Source of the DNA: Eubacteriales bacterium
GTDB taxonomy: Bacteria; Bacillota; Clostridia; Oscillospirales; CAG-382
Reading direction: 5' to 3'
Length of the DNA stretch: 64,000 bases
NCBI GenBank assembly: GCA_045541355.1
Contig: JAZQIW010000071.1
Span: 7,795-71,794, forward strand
The stretch's first letter is position 1. Each line of letters opens with the position of its first letter. The translations under genes were made by a program, and so were the position numbers. Below are positions 48,203 to 57,349 of the stretch, piece by piece. Below the pieces are notes generated by a model. It made no database searches. It had not been told where the DNA came from and saw nothing but the letters and a program-made list of their open reading frames with translations.

Positions 48203-49522
48203 ATGCTTAAAATCGGATATATAGGTCTTGGTAATAGAGGAATGGGTATGCTTGCAACTGTGATTGATTCTTTTAAAAATGTAATTATTGCAGGAGTATG
48301 TGACCTGTATGAGGATAGAGTCCGGGCGGGAATTGATATGGTTCGTGAAAAATGCGGCTATGAGCCTTTGGGTACAACAGACAGCGATGAAATAATGAAG
48401 CTTGATGTTGATGCTGTGATGGTAATGGCTTCGTGGGAGGCACATATTCCTCTTGCAATTGCTTCAATGAAATCGGGAAAGCACGTTGCAATGGAGGTTG
48501 CAGGTGCTTACAGCATTGAGGATTGTTATAGACTTGTAAGAACCGGCGAAGAAACGGGAATGGGCTGTATGCTGCTTGAAAACTGCTGCTACGGAAGAAC
48601 CGAGCTTGCTGTTCTCAATATGGTGCGTGAGGGACTGTTCGGGGAAATCGTGCATTGCAGCGGCGGATATTTTCATGACCTTAGAACAGAGGTTGCAATT
48701 GGTCCCATAACACGTCATTACAGAAATAGGAATTACTATTCAAGATGCTGTGAAAACTATCCCACACATGAGCTTGGTCCCATTGCAAAGGTGCTTGATA
48801 TAAACAGAGGAAACAGAATGGTCTCGCTGGTATCTGTTTCATCTAAGGCAAGAGGTCTTAAGGAATATGCCTTAGCTGAGGGTAAAAGGCTTCATGCAAT
48901 GCTTGATAACAGCGAGGATCGCAATACAACCGTAAGCTATTACGGCAGAAATTATCCCCTCAATGATGAAATACTCGTCTCTTATGATAAGGCTAACTCC
49001 CGCGAGGTTGCTCAAGGGGATATTGTAAATACAATTATTACCTGTGCAGACGGCTCGACAATTGCTCTTACCCTTGACACAACCCTTCCGAGAGCCTATT
49101 CCAGAGGCTTTACCGTAAGAGGCACAAAGGGTATGTATATGGAAGATAATAATTCTGTGTATGTTGACGGTGATAAGGAGATGGAAAAAGCACACTTCAG
49201 CTGGCAGAAATATTGGGATAACGGTAAGGAGTACATTGAAAAATATAAGCATGGCATTTGGGAAAAGTACGGAGACGCTGCGGCAAATTCCGGACATGAC
49301 GGAATTGACTACATGGTGCTTGCGGCATTCTTTGAGGCACTTGAAAAGAAAGCTCCCTTCCCGATAGATGTGTATGATGCGGCAAGCTGGATGTGTATTA
49401 CCTGCCTTTCGGAACAGTCTATAAAGCAGGGCGGAGCACCGGTTGCAATTCCGGACTTTACGAGTGGAAAGTGGACAATGTATAAGAAAGAGGATTACGG
49501 TCTCGATTTTGCCCTTGATTAA
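48203..49522 (+). CDS. Gfo/Idh/MocA-family NAD-binding protein, GH109-like (possible NAD-dependent glycosidase)
   Basis: Rossmann KIGYIGLGNRG. Length about 440 aa. LENCCYGR.ELAVLNMVREGLFGEIVHC.GGY.HDLR resembles GH109 as I recall it. No signal peptide. Confidence 0.5.
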   Translation: MLKIGYIGLGNRGMGMLATVIDSFKNVIIAGVCDLYEDRVRAGIDMVREKCGYEPLGTTDSDEIMKLDVDAVMVMASWEAHIPLAIASMKSGKHVAMEVAGAYSIEDCYRLVRTGEETGMGCMLLENCCYGRTELAVLNMVREGLFGEIVHCSGGYFHDLRTEVAIGPITRHYRNRNYYSRCCENYPTHELGPIAKVLDINRGNRMVSLVSVSSKARGLKEYALAEGKRLHAMLDNSEDRNTTVSYYGRNYPLNDEILVSYDKANSREVAQGDIVNTIITCADGSTIALTLDTTLPRAYSRGFTVRGTKGMYMEDNNSVYVDGDKEMEKAHFSWQKYWDNGKEYIEKYKHGIWEKYGDAAANSGHDGIDYMVLAAFFEALEKKAPFPIDVYDAASWMCITCLSEQSIKQGGAPVAIPDFTSGKWTMYKKEDYGLDFALD

Positions 49523-49622
49523 TTTCAAAATATTTGCGGCAGTACAAAAAAATGTGCTGCCGTGTTGCATTTTTTGATAAAAAGTGTTAGAATAGCATAA
49601 CTTAAAGCATTGGAGATAATTT

Positions 49623-50348
49623 ATGTCAAAGACAAGAAGAATATATTTTTTAAGACTTGCAGGAAGACTGATTGTGCTTCTGATGTTTGTTCTTCTGATG
49701 ATATATGACAGAGAAGAATTTGAAATATTAAAGGGCATGAATTTTTTTAGGGGCTTTTCGGTTCTTCATGTTCTCTGGGGTATATGGATGCTGGATATGG
49801 TGCTTCAGCTCATTCCCGTAAAGGCGTATATATCAATCGGCTCTCAGAAGGTGTTTCAATCTCTTTTCCGCCCGATAAAGGAAAAGGTCAATAGGCAAAG
49901 CCTGAAAAAACATATTGTTGATACAACAAAGTCGGCATATGTGGTGATGCTTGTATGGGTAATGCTGAATATAGGTGTTGGTATTCTCCACCTTGGCGGC
50001 GTAATTGATAGCGCAGATGTGCTTCTCATATCTTCTGTGTTTTATGTTTGTGACCTTGTGTGCGTTCTCATATGGTGTCCCTTCAGACTTATTATGAAGA
50101 ATAAATGCTGTACCACCTGCCGTATTTTCAATTGGGATCACTTAATGATGTTTTCGCCCCTTGCGACGGTATGCGGGTTTTATGGATGGACTCTGTTTGG
50201 ATTTTCGTTTGTAATCTTTGTTGTGTGGGAGGTTTGCGTTCTTGTGTATCCCGAAAGGTTCTGGGAGAACAGTAATATGGCACTCAAGTGCTCGGAGTGT
50301 ACCGATAAGCTCTGCACTCAGTATTGCAGAAAGCTTAGAGATAAATAA
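49623..50348 (+). CDS. hypothetical polytopic membrane protein with Cys-rich segments
   Basis: ggagat RBS. About 5-6 TM segments. CCTTC motif in a loop and C-terminal CSECTDKLCTQYC. Confidence 0.55.
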   Translation: MSKTRRIYFLRLAGRLIVLLMFVLLMIYDREEFEILKGMNFFRGFSVLHVLWGIWMLDMVLQLIPVKAYISIGSQKVFQSLFRPIKEKVNRQSLKKHIVDTTKSAYVVMLVWVMLNIGVGILHLGGVIDSADVLLISSVFYVCDLVCVLIWCPFRLIMKNKCCTTCRIFNWDHLMMFSPLATVCGFYGWTLFGFSFVIFVVWEVCVLVYPERFWENSNMALKCSECTDKLCTQYCRKLRDK

Positions 50349-50354
50349 AATATA

Positions 50355-50386
50355 AGCAAGCGGCGTTTAAACACCGCTTGCTTTTT
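50355..50386. terminator. bidirectional rho-independent terminator
   Basis: agcaagcgg-(10 nt)-ccgcttgct followed by TTTT. Confidence 0.75.
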
Positions 50387-50422
50387 GTATATGTCATGTT
50401 AAACTTAAACGGTCGTAAGCAA

Positions 50423-51184
50423 CTACTGTCTTTTTCCGGCCCTGTATTGCTTTGCAGAAATACCGGTTGCCTTTTTAAAGGCATGGGAAAAGTAGCATAA
50501 ATCATCAAAACCGCATCTTTCAGCTATTTTGTTGATTGGCTCGCCGGAGGTTATGATTAATCTTTTTGCAAGGTCAATGCGCTGCTTTTTTACAAAATTC
50601 ATTATGGTGTAGCCCGTTTGCTTTTTGAAAACAGAGCATATGTATTGGGGTGCAAGGTGAACGTGGGAGGCAATTGACTCAAGAGAAAGCTTTGACTGAA
50701 GGTTGTCAAGTATGAATTGCTTTATCGCCTTTACATGTGGGTTTTCAATATCTGTTACAGACTCGCAAAGCCCGCAGTAAATGTAGAAAAATGCACAAAG
50801 GCATTTTTCTCTCTTCTTTGATGATATACTTGAAAAATCCTTTTTAACGCTCTCAAGCAGATATATTATGTCGGGATTTACACATTTGGGAATGTAACCC
50901 TCTATTTCACACTCTGCTTTTTTTGAAAAGGTTATGTTGAAGGAGGCATATCGGCAGGGCTTGTCGGAATAAAGTCTTTTGCGAGTGCTGCCCTTTGGGA
51001 ACAGAATTGCATCTCCGCTAAAAAGCCTGATGTAATTCCCGTTGTAAAAATAATGCATTTCTCCCTCAATGCATATTGTTAAGTCGAGATACGGAAGAAC
51101 CGTTTCCTCAAGTGCATCAACCGAGCTTTTTGTTTCAAAATTGTAAATCAATATTTGTGCATCGCTTCTTGTAAAACCTCTCAT
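50423..51184 (-). CDS. AraC family transcriptional regulator
   Basis: aaggtgatg RBS. Cupin-like N-terminus. C-terminal HTH pair (SIASHVHLAPQYICSVFKK ... IAERCGFDDLCYFSHAFKK). Confidence 0.8.
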   Translation of the reverse strand: MRGFTRSDAQILIYNFETKSSVDALEETVLPYLDLTICIEGEMHYFYNGNYIRLFSGDAILFPKGSTRKRLYSDKPCRYASFNITFSKKAECEIEGYIPKCVNPDIIYLLESVKKDFSSISSKKREKCLCAFFYIYCGLCESVTDIENPHVKAIKQFILDNLQSKLSLESIASHVHLAPQYICSVFKKQTGYTIMNFVKKQRIDLAKRLIITSGEPINKIAERCGFDDLCYFSHAFKKATGISAKQYRAGKRQ

Positions 51185-51397
51185 ATGTCATCACCTTTTT
51201 TATTGTACTATAATTGTTATAAAAAAGCAATTGATTTTGATGTAAAATCCGAAATATCTTGAAATCACGTGTTGTTAAATCTTAAAATAAGACAATAAAT
51301 GCATAAAACAAATTAATATTAAACATTCAAAGCAGCCGACTTGTTTGATATAATTTAATAAAAGAAAAAGTAATAAGCTTTGATTGGAGTTGATAGA

Positions 51398-52180
51398 GTG
51401 ATTAAGTACGGAGTTGCGGATTACGGACTGCTTGTCTGGTATGGAAATTACTATGATTACGATGAAAGAATTGATATGGTGAGAGGTCTTGGCTTTGACG
51501 GTCTTGAAAGGCTTTATACCGTAACGGCTGAGGAGGCATTGACAAAGGCGGCACGCTTAAAGAAGCTTGGAATGTCATTTGCCACCGTTCATGCACAGGA
51601 TGTGGAACGCTCAATTAAATGGACAGCTGCCATGGGAGGACAGTATGTGTGGCTCAATGTCATGGGAGGAAACTGCGGAAGAGGTAGAGATTATTTCGGA
51701 CAGAGCTTTAATGACTATATCAGGCAGATTAATGAAATGACAAGAGTTTGTAAAAGCTATGGTATTGATGCAGTTCTTCATAACCATATGGGAGCTCCTG
51801 CGGAAAGTCAGGCTGAGGTTGAGGAAATTCTCGAAAGATGCCCTGATGTAAAGCTTTTGTTTGATGTTGGACATATGGCTGTTGCGGGCGGTGATGTCAG
51901 ATATATGGTTGAAAAATACTATGACAGAATTGCCGCATATCACTTTAAGGGCTGGAAAATCAGCGAAACTCCTGACCATAAGGATTGGGATAGAAGAGGA
52001 CACTTTTGCGGACTTGTGCAGGGTGACTTTAATGTGGATAATGAGTATGTGTTCAAGTATGCAGTTAAAAAAGGCTTTGACGGTTGGATGTTTATTGAAC
52101 ATGATACACACCTTCAGGATCCCAAAATTGACCTTAAGGAAAGCCTTGATGTTATGAAGAAGTGGAGAGAAGAAGCATGA
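51398..52180 (+). CDS. sugar phosphate isomerase/epimerase (xylose isomerase-like TIM barrel)
   Basis: tggag RBS then GTG at 51398. Pattern HNH...E, FDVGH, IEHD is typical of the AP endonuclease 2 / xylose isomerase-like barrel. Confidence 0.7.
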   Translation: MIKYGVADYGLLVWYGNYYDYDERIDMVRGLGFDGLERLYTVTAEEALTKAARLKKLGMSFATVHAQDVERSIKWTAAMGGQYVWLNVMGGNCGRGRDYFGQSFNDYIRQINEMTRVCKSYGIDAVLHNHMGAPAESQAEVEEILERCPDVKLLFDVGHMAVAGGDVRYMVEKYYDRIAAYHFKGWKISETPDHKDWDRRGHFCGLVQGDFNVDNEYVFKYAVKKGFDGWMFIEHDTHLQDPKIDLKESLDVMKKWREEA

Positions 52181-53205
52181 AAAAGATAAGACTTGGTATG
52201 GTGGGTCTTGGCAGAGCAGGCTATTCAATGCACCTTCCCGAGCTTCGCGGCAAGGAGGAAATGTTTGAAATATATGCCGTTTGTGATGTTGAAGCCGACA
52301 GACGTGAAAACATGAGAAAACTCTATGGCTGTAAGACATACGAAAGGGTAGAGGACCTTGTTGAAGATCCTCTCGTTGATGTTGTTGATATCGCAACACG
52401 TTCATGTGACCACTTCAAACACGCAAAGACAGCACTTGATGCAGGAAAGCTTGTTTTCCTTGAAAAGCCCATGTGTACAACCTATGAGGATGCAAAGACG
52501 CTCATGGAAATAGCCGAAAAGTATGGCGAAAGACGTGTGTTTGTGCGCCATAACAGACGCTTTGAGGCAAAGTTTATGCAGCTTAATAAGCTTATAGATT
52601 CCGGAATACTCGGTGATGTGTATTATATAAAGCGCTCAGAATCAGGCTATGACAGACGCTGTGACTGGCAGACACTTATGCAGTACGGCGGAGGCCAGCT
52701 TCTTAACTGGGGACCTCACCTTGTTGATCAGGCACTTCAGCTGTGCGGCGGAGACTATAAGAGAATGATGTCGGTTACGCGTCAGATTGCAGCCGCAGGT
52801 GATTGTGAGGACTACGTAAGTGCGACCTTTGAGGGCATTAACTCCCGTCAGGTTGTAATTGAAATAAGCGGCGGCACTGCTCTTGCAGTACCTCAATATG
52901 TTGTTTACGGCACTCGCGGAACGCTCTATGATAACGGCGAGACCTTTACACTTAATGTTCTTCCCGAGGACTATGTTTTCCCGCCCGTAAAATCCAACCC
53001 CCATACACCCGAAGGCGCACAGTTCCACCCCAATCCAACCCCCCCGTTTGAAAAACGTGAGATTAAGTGGGATACCAATAGCCTTGACCATACATGGACA
53101 TACCTGTATGATGCCGTTGTAAACGGAAAGGATTATCCCATTAAGACCGCACAAGCTCTTAAGGTTATGGAAACGCTTATTGAAATCAAGAATCAGAATA
53201 AGTAA
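52177..53205 (+). CDS. Gfo/Idh/MocA family oxidoreductase
   Basis: ATGA start/stop overlap with the upstream gene (52177-52180). Rossmann IRLGMVGLGRAG. EKP motif FLEKPM. Confidence 0.8.
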   Translation: MKKIRLGMVGLGRAGYSMHLPELRGKEEMFEIYAVCDVEADRRENMRKLYGCKTYERVEDLVEDPLVDVVDIATRSCDHFKHAKTALDAGKLVFLEKPMCTTYEDAKTLMEIAEKYGERRVFVRHNRRFEAKFMQLNKLIDSGILGDVYYIKRSESGYDRRCDWQTLMQYGGGQLLNWGPHLVDQALQLCGGDYKRMMSVTRQIAAAGDCEDYVSATFEGINSRQVVIEISGGTALAVPQYVVYGTRGTLYDNGETFTLNVLPEDYVFPPVKSNPHTPEGAQFHPNPTPPFEKREIKWDTNSLDHTWTYLYDAVVNGKDYPIKTAQALKVMETLIEIKNQNK

Positions 53206-53220
53206 TTGATGTGTTTAATA

Positions 53221-53253
53221 TATCCCTGCCGCACTTGTCTGAGGCAGGGATTT
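53221..53253 (+). terminator. rho-independent terminator
   Basis: atccctgcc-(12 nt)-ggcagggat followed by TTT. Confidence 0.65.
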
Positions 53254-53288
53254 TGCTGCTAAAAAAGAATGTTTTCTTTGAGATTTCA

Positions 53289-53317
53289 TTGACAAAAACC
53301 GCCACCGGTGGTAAAAT
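53289..53317 (+). promoter_or_regulatory. sigma-A type promoter with an embedded 10-bp palindrome CCACCGGTGG
   Basis: TTGACA (53289-53294), 17 nt, TAAAAT (53312-53317). The perfect palindrome at 53302-53311 fills the spacer next to the -10. Confidence 0.6.
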
Positions 53318-53352
53318 GGATTGAAATATGTGCTAACGATGGAGGAAACTTT

Positions 53353-54141
53353 ATGAGACTTGGAAGAATATGCTTTGACCATTCTGCGGAAGGTTATAAA
53401 AAGGTAAAAGCAGCGGGACTTGATTTTGTTGAAATCTGCTGTAATTATGACCATGACGTAAAGGGTATTATAGAGATAAGAGATACAATTAAAGATGCCA
53501 TAAATCAAAGCGGCGTTGATGTTTCCTGCCTTGGAAAGTGGAATCATGAGCTGTTGAAGGACGGCAAAATTAATTATGAGCAGCTTGACTCTTATAAAGC
53601 TCTTCTGGATACAGCTGTTTTTCTCGGAGCAAAAACCTTTGTTTGCGGCTGTAATTATGATGACAGCATCAGCCTTTATCGTAATTATACAAACGCAATT
53701 GAGGCACTCGGCGCACTTACTGAGCACGCAAAGGGTAAAAACATAAAGGTTGCCGTGCAGAACTGTGATTGGAATAACTTTATTGTAAGACCGGAGCAAT
53801 GGAATATTGTGCTTGGCGAAAACCCTGACCTTTGGATTAAGTTTGACCCGTCACATGCCTATAACAGACATGATAATTACCTGGATGAGCTTGCTGATTG
53901 GTGTCATAGAATTGCCCATATTCATATCAAGGGTACAACTCATGCAGGAACAAAAGGAGAAATAGACGATCCGCCGGCAGGAATGGATGATTTAAATTGG
54001 AGATCTGTTTTTGCTGTACTGTATTCAAGAGGGTATGACGGAGACCTTAGCCTTGAACCTCACTCCACAACATGGAGAGGCGAGCTTGGAGAAGCGGGCG
54101 TTGCCTTTTCAAGGGACTATATAAGAAAATATATGCTTTAA
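53353..54141 (+). CDS. sugar phosphate isomerase/epimerase (xylose isomerase-like TIM barrel)
   Basis: ggagga RBS then ATG at 53353. VQNC, FDPSH, HIHIKG and LEPH pattern. Confidence 0.7.
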   Translation: MRLGRICFDHSAEGYKKVKAAGLDFVEICCNYDHDVKGIIEIRDTIKDAINQSGVDVSCLGKWNHELLKDGKINYEQLDSYKALLDTAVFLGAKTFVCGCNYDDSISLYRNYTNAIEALGALTEHAKGKNIKVAVQNCDWNNFIVRPEQWNIVLGENPDLWIKFDPSHAYNRHDNYLDELADWCHRIAHIHIKGTTHAGTKGEIDDPPAGMDDLNWRSVFAVLYSRGYDGDLSLEPHSTTWRGELGEAGVAFSRDYIRKYML

Positions 54142-54145
54142 AAAA

Positions 54146-54165
54146 ATGCGGTCGAAAGACCGCAT
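54146..54165. terminator. bidirectional terminator hairpin between convergent genes
   Basis: atgcggtc-gaaa-gaccgcat with an A-run on the left and TT on the right. It sits exactly between the two stop codons. Confidence 0.65.
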
Positions 54166-55194
54166 TTAGCTTTGTGTGGGGGAGTTTTTCTTTATCTTTT
54201 TCTTTTTAAGACTGACTCTCATAAAGCTTTCTCTGTACTCAATGGGAGTCATGCCGCGGTATTTTTTGAACATCCTTGTGAAATGCTCGGCGCTGTCCAG
54301 CCCTAAAAGATATGCAATGTTTTTGACGGGAATATGGGTGTTGAGCAAAAAATGACGTGCTCTTTGCATTCGGATTTGCTTGATAATGTCGGTGAAGCTG
54401 ACACCGGTTTTGGCTTTGATTATTCTGTGAAGCTGACTTTTTGAGTATCCGAAACGAAGGGCAGTATCCTCAAGTGTGATTTTGTCAAAGTTGTCATTTA
54501 TGTACCTGACTATATCGTCGGGCGAATGGTCGTCTGCGTGCCTGCTTTTTCCTTGCTTGCGGCTGTACTCATGACGAGTAAATCGGGTCAGATACAGGAG
54601 AAACTCGGAAATGCGGTTTTCAAAGTAGAGGTTTTCAAATAAATCAACGTGCCGATTGAGCTTTATGTTCAGCTCAACAAGTGTCTGTGTAAGCTCATGA
54701 ATGTCGATTGAAGAATTGTCTGAAGTACTGATAACGGTGTATATGTCGTTTTTAATCAGACTCGTCAGGTAGTTTCCGGGATCGTATGCCTCAAAGCCCT
54801 TTGCAATGCTGCTGAGCCAATCTTTTTTTAAGATAAAATTATAGCTTAAAGAGTCATTTGGGCAAATATAAGCATGACCGATTTTGGGAGACATGATAAG
54901 TAGGTCACCCTCATGAAGCACGGTCTTTTTTCCGTCAATATATTCATATAACTCACCCTTTTTTACGTAGTTTATTTCATAAAAGTCGTGATTGTGGTAT
55001 ACTGTATTGTCATCGACACGCATTTGTGTAATAATGGCGTTTCTCAAAGGGTTGGAGTCGCGTTCGGCAAAATAATAGGTGATTGGAGAGGGTGGAATGT
55101 TTGCTTTCTCAACAATCTTTTCAAGCTGTACAAGGAGTTCGTTTTCTTTTACTATAACAGGCTCCTGAGTTGTTTTCTTTGTGTTTACAGACAT
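54166..55194 (-). CDS. AraC family transcriptional regulator
   Basis: gaggtgaag RBS. Cupin N-terminal domain. HTH pair (LEDTALRFGYSKSQLHRIIK ... IAYLLGLDSAEHFTRMFKK). Confidence 0.8.
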   Translation of the reverse strand: MSVNTKKTTQEPVIVKENELLVQLEKIVEKANIPPSPITYYFAERDSNPLRNAIITQMRVDDNTVYHNHDFYEINYVKKGELYEYIDGKKTVLHEGDLLIMSPKIGHAYICPNDSLSYNFILKKDWLSSIAKGFEAYDPGNYLTSLIKNDIYTVISTSDNSSIDIHELTQTLVELNIKLNRHVDLFENLYFENRISEFLLYLTRFTRHEYSRKQGKSRHADDHSPDDIVRYINDNFDKITLEDTALRFGYSKSQLHRIIKAKTGVSFTDIIKQIRMQRARHFLLNTHIPVKNIAYLLGLDSAEHFTRMFKKYRGMTPIEYRESFMRVSLKKKKIKKNSPTQS

Positions 55195-55358
55195 CCCGGC
55201 ACTTCACCTCACATTCTTTGTTAATTATACATCAAATGACAAAAAAAGTCAAGAAAAAAATTTTTTATGCAAAAAAAAGTCATTGAATGAGTAACGCGTA
55301 TGTGATATTCTAATAATAGAAATTATAAGGGCTATTGTTAGAGTAAGGATGTGAAAAA

Positions 55359-56192
55359 ATGATTTGCCTGTTATCTCCAATGAAGCTTGAAGAATGTAGC
55401 CTGTATTGTTTTGGCGTTGGAAAGGCTTCCTGCAAATATGAAACAAAGGAACGCTTTTACGAGCTGTATTTAATAACAGCAGGGGAAGGGCAGATGGTTT
55501 CTTCCGACAATACGGTTCCCGTCAAAAAAGGCGATATTTATATCTCCTTTCCTTTTGAAAAACAAAAGCTTGTGTCAAATGATGGCTGTGAGATTGAATA
55601 TGATTATTTGAACTTCAGCGTTCATTCCAAACGGTTTGCATCTGAGTTTAACAGATTCAGCGTGGATTATTCATCAACCGTTTCGCACGTTCTTAACAGT
55701 GAAGAGCTAAGTAAAACAATCAGAAGTATATCTAAAGAACTTGAATTGTCGACGGAGGGATATTCGTACGAGCTTGTTTCGCTGTTTTGCAGCCAGATGC
55801 TTGTTTATATAATGAGAATATTCGGCGAGAGAAGCGCCGATGATTATAATCATTGCAGAAATGATTTTGGTCTTTGCGGTATGGTTATGAACTATATTGA
55901 CCAGAATGTTGGCACAATGAAGAGCCTGAAGAATATGGCGTCGGATATCGGATATAATTACAGTTATCTTTCATACGTATTCAGAAAAACAACCGGAACA
56001 ACGCTTAACAGCTATTATAAGTCGAGAAGGATGGACGCGGCAAGAACGCTTTTGGATGAAGGCGGTCTTTCCGTATCAAAGGTTGCAGAGCTTATGAATT
56101 ACTCGACGGTATATGCGTTCAGTAAAGCCTTTAAAGAATACTTCGGTATTTCACCCAGTAAGTATCTCGGTAAGGGTTCTTCAAAAGAATAG
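55359..56192 (+). CDS. AraC family transcriptional regulator
   Basis: Cupin-like N-terminus. HTH pair (NMASDIGYNYSYLSYVFRK ... VAELMNYSTVYAFSKAFKE). Divergent from the preceding AraC gene. Confidence 0.8.
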   Translation: MICLLSPMKLEECSLYCFGVGKASCKYETKERFYELYLITAGEGQMVSSDNTVPVKKGDIYISFPFEKQKLVSNDGCEIEYDYLNFSVHSKRFASEFNRFSVDYSSTVSHVLNSEELSKTIRSISKELELSTEGYSYELVSLFCSQMLVYIMRIFGERSADDYNHCRNDFGLCGMVMNYIDQNVGTMKSLKNMASDIGYNYSYLSYVFRKTTGTTLNSYYKSRRMDAARTLLDEGGLSVSKVAELMNYSTVYAFSKAFKEYFGISPSKYLGKGSSKE

Positions 56193-56198
56193 AATTTT

Positions 56199-56225
56199 CA
56201 CCCGACACAAGTCGGGTGTTTTTTT
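56199..56225 (+). terminator. rho-independent terminator
   Basis: cacccgac-acaa-gtcgggtg followed by T7. Confidence 0.85.
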
Positions 56226-56358
56226 GGTTTTGGTATATTAAAATATAAACGATAATTTTTTCACAATCTGCCTAAAATTTACAAAATATACGTATTTACA
56301 TACCTAAATTGTGGTAAAATAAATTGGTTATTGATAAAACAGTATAGGAGGTGCCCAT

Positions 56359-56736
56359 ATGGGAAAGACATACGGAAAGAAAACATGGCTGATTCCAGAT
56401 TGTTTTCTCAACTCTGTTTCAAAAAACGAAAGCATAAGCCACGAAGCAATCTGCGTGCTAAATACATCCGATAAGGATGCAACAATCAATCTTACACTGT
56501 TCTATGAGGACAGAGATAAGATTGAGGGCGATTTTGTTTCCTTCTGCAAGGCAGGAAGAACACATCATATAAGACTTGATAGAATCGTCGGTAAGAGCGG
56601 GGAGAAGATTGCGCGTGATGTTCCCTATGCAATTCTTGTTGAATCCGATACAGATGTAGTCTGCCAATATTCAAGACTTGATACAAGTGAGGTCGAAATG
56701 GCACTTATGACTACCATGGCATACCCTGTTGAATAA
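56359..56736 (+). CDS. ASRT-family protein (Anabaena sensory rhodopsin transducer-like beta-sandwich)
   Basis: aggaggtg RBS. 125 aa. ISHEAICVLNTSDKDATINLTLFYEDRD ... GRTHHIRLD ... VVCQYSRLDT...MALMTTMAY aligns with my recollection of the ASRT family over its full length. Confidence 0.55.
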   Translation: MGKTYGKKTWLIPDCFLNSVSKNESISHEAICVLNTSDKDATINLTLFYEDRDKIEGDFVSFCKAGRTHHIRLDRIVGKSGEKIARDVPYAILVESDTDVVCQYSRLDTSEVEMALMTTMAYPVE

Positions 56737-56776
56737 AGAATAATAAAAAAACATAAAATAAAGGAGCTGTCACAAA

Positions 56777-57349
56777 ATGGCACAGGTATTAATTGAAACA
56801 TCAGCACGTCACGTGCATCTCACAGCTGAACATATCGAAATTCTTTTCGGTAAGGGACATGAACTTACACATAAGAAGGATCTCAGTCAGCCCGGTCAGT
56901 TTGCGTGTGAAGAAAGAGTAACGGTTGTAGGTCCCAAGAAGGAGCTTGCAGGCGTTAGTATCCTTGGTCCCGCAAGACCTGCTTCTCAGGTTGAGCTTTC
57001 CCTCACAGATGCAAGAAGCATCGGAGTTGCCGCACCCATAAGAGAGTCAGGCGATGTTGCAGGCTCAGGTGCATGTAAGCTTGTTGGTCCTTGCGGTGAG
57101 GTTGAACTTTCCGAAGGCGTAATCGCTGCAAAGCGTCATATACATACAACTCCCGACGTTGCTGCTGAATGGGGCGTTTCCGATAAGCAGGTTGTTTCCG
57201 TAAAGGTTGAATCCGACGGCAGAAGCCTTGTGTTCGGCGATGTTGTAGTAAGAGTAAGCGAAAAGTTTGCACCTGCAATGCATATTGATACAGACGAATC
57301 AAACGCCGCTTCCTGCACACCCGGCATGATGGGAGAAATTATTAAATAA
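56777..57349 (+). CDS. pduL: phosphate acyltransferase PduL (phosphate propanoyl/acetyl-transferase)
   Basis: Two PduL half-domain signatures, ETSARHVHLT and AAKRHIHTT. 190 aa with no N-terminal extension. Confidence 0.85.
   Translation: MAQVLIETSARHVHLTAEHIEILFGKGHELTHKKDLSQPGQFACEERVTVVGPKKELAGVSILGPARPASQVELSLTDARSIGVAAPIRESGDVAGSGACKLVGPCGEVELSEGVIAAKRHIHTTPDVAAEWGVSDKQVVSVKVESDGRSLVFGDVVVRVSEKFAPAMHIDTDESNAASCTPGMMGEIIK

Noticed and set aside
56777-57349. PduL as a marker of a bacterial microcompartment (Pdu/Eut/GRM) locus
   Set aside because: No BMC shell (BMC-H/T/P) genes, aldehyde dehydrogenase or signature enzyme occur anywhere in the window. This PduL also lacks an N-terminal encapsulation extension.
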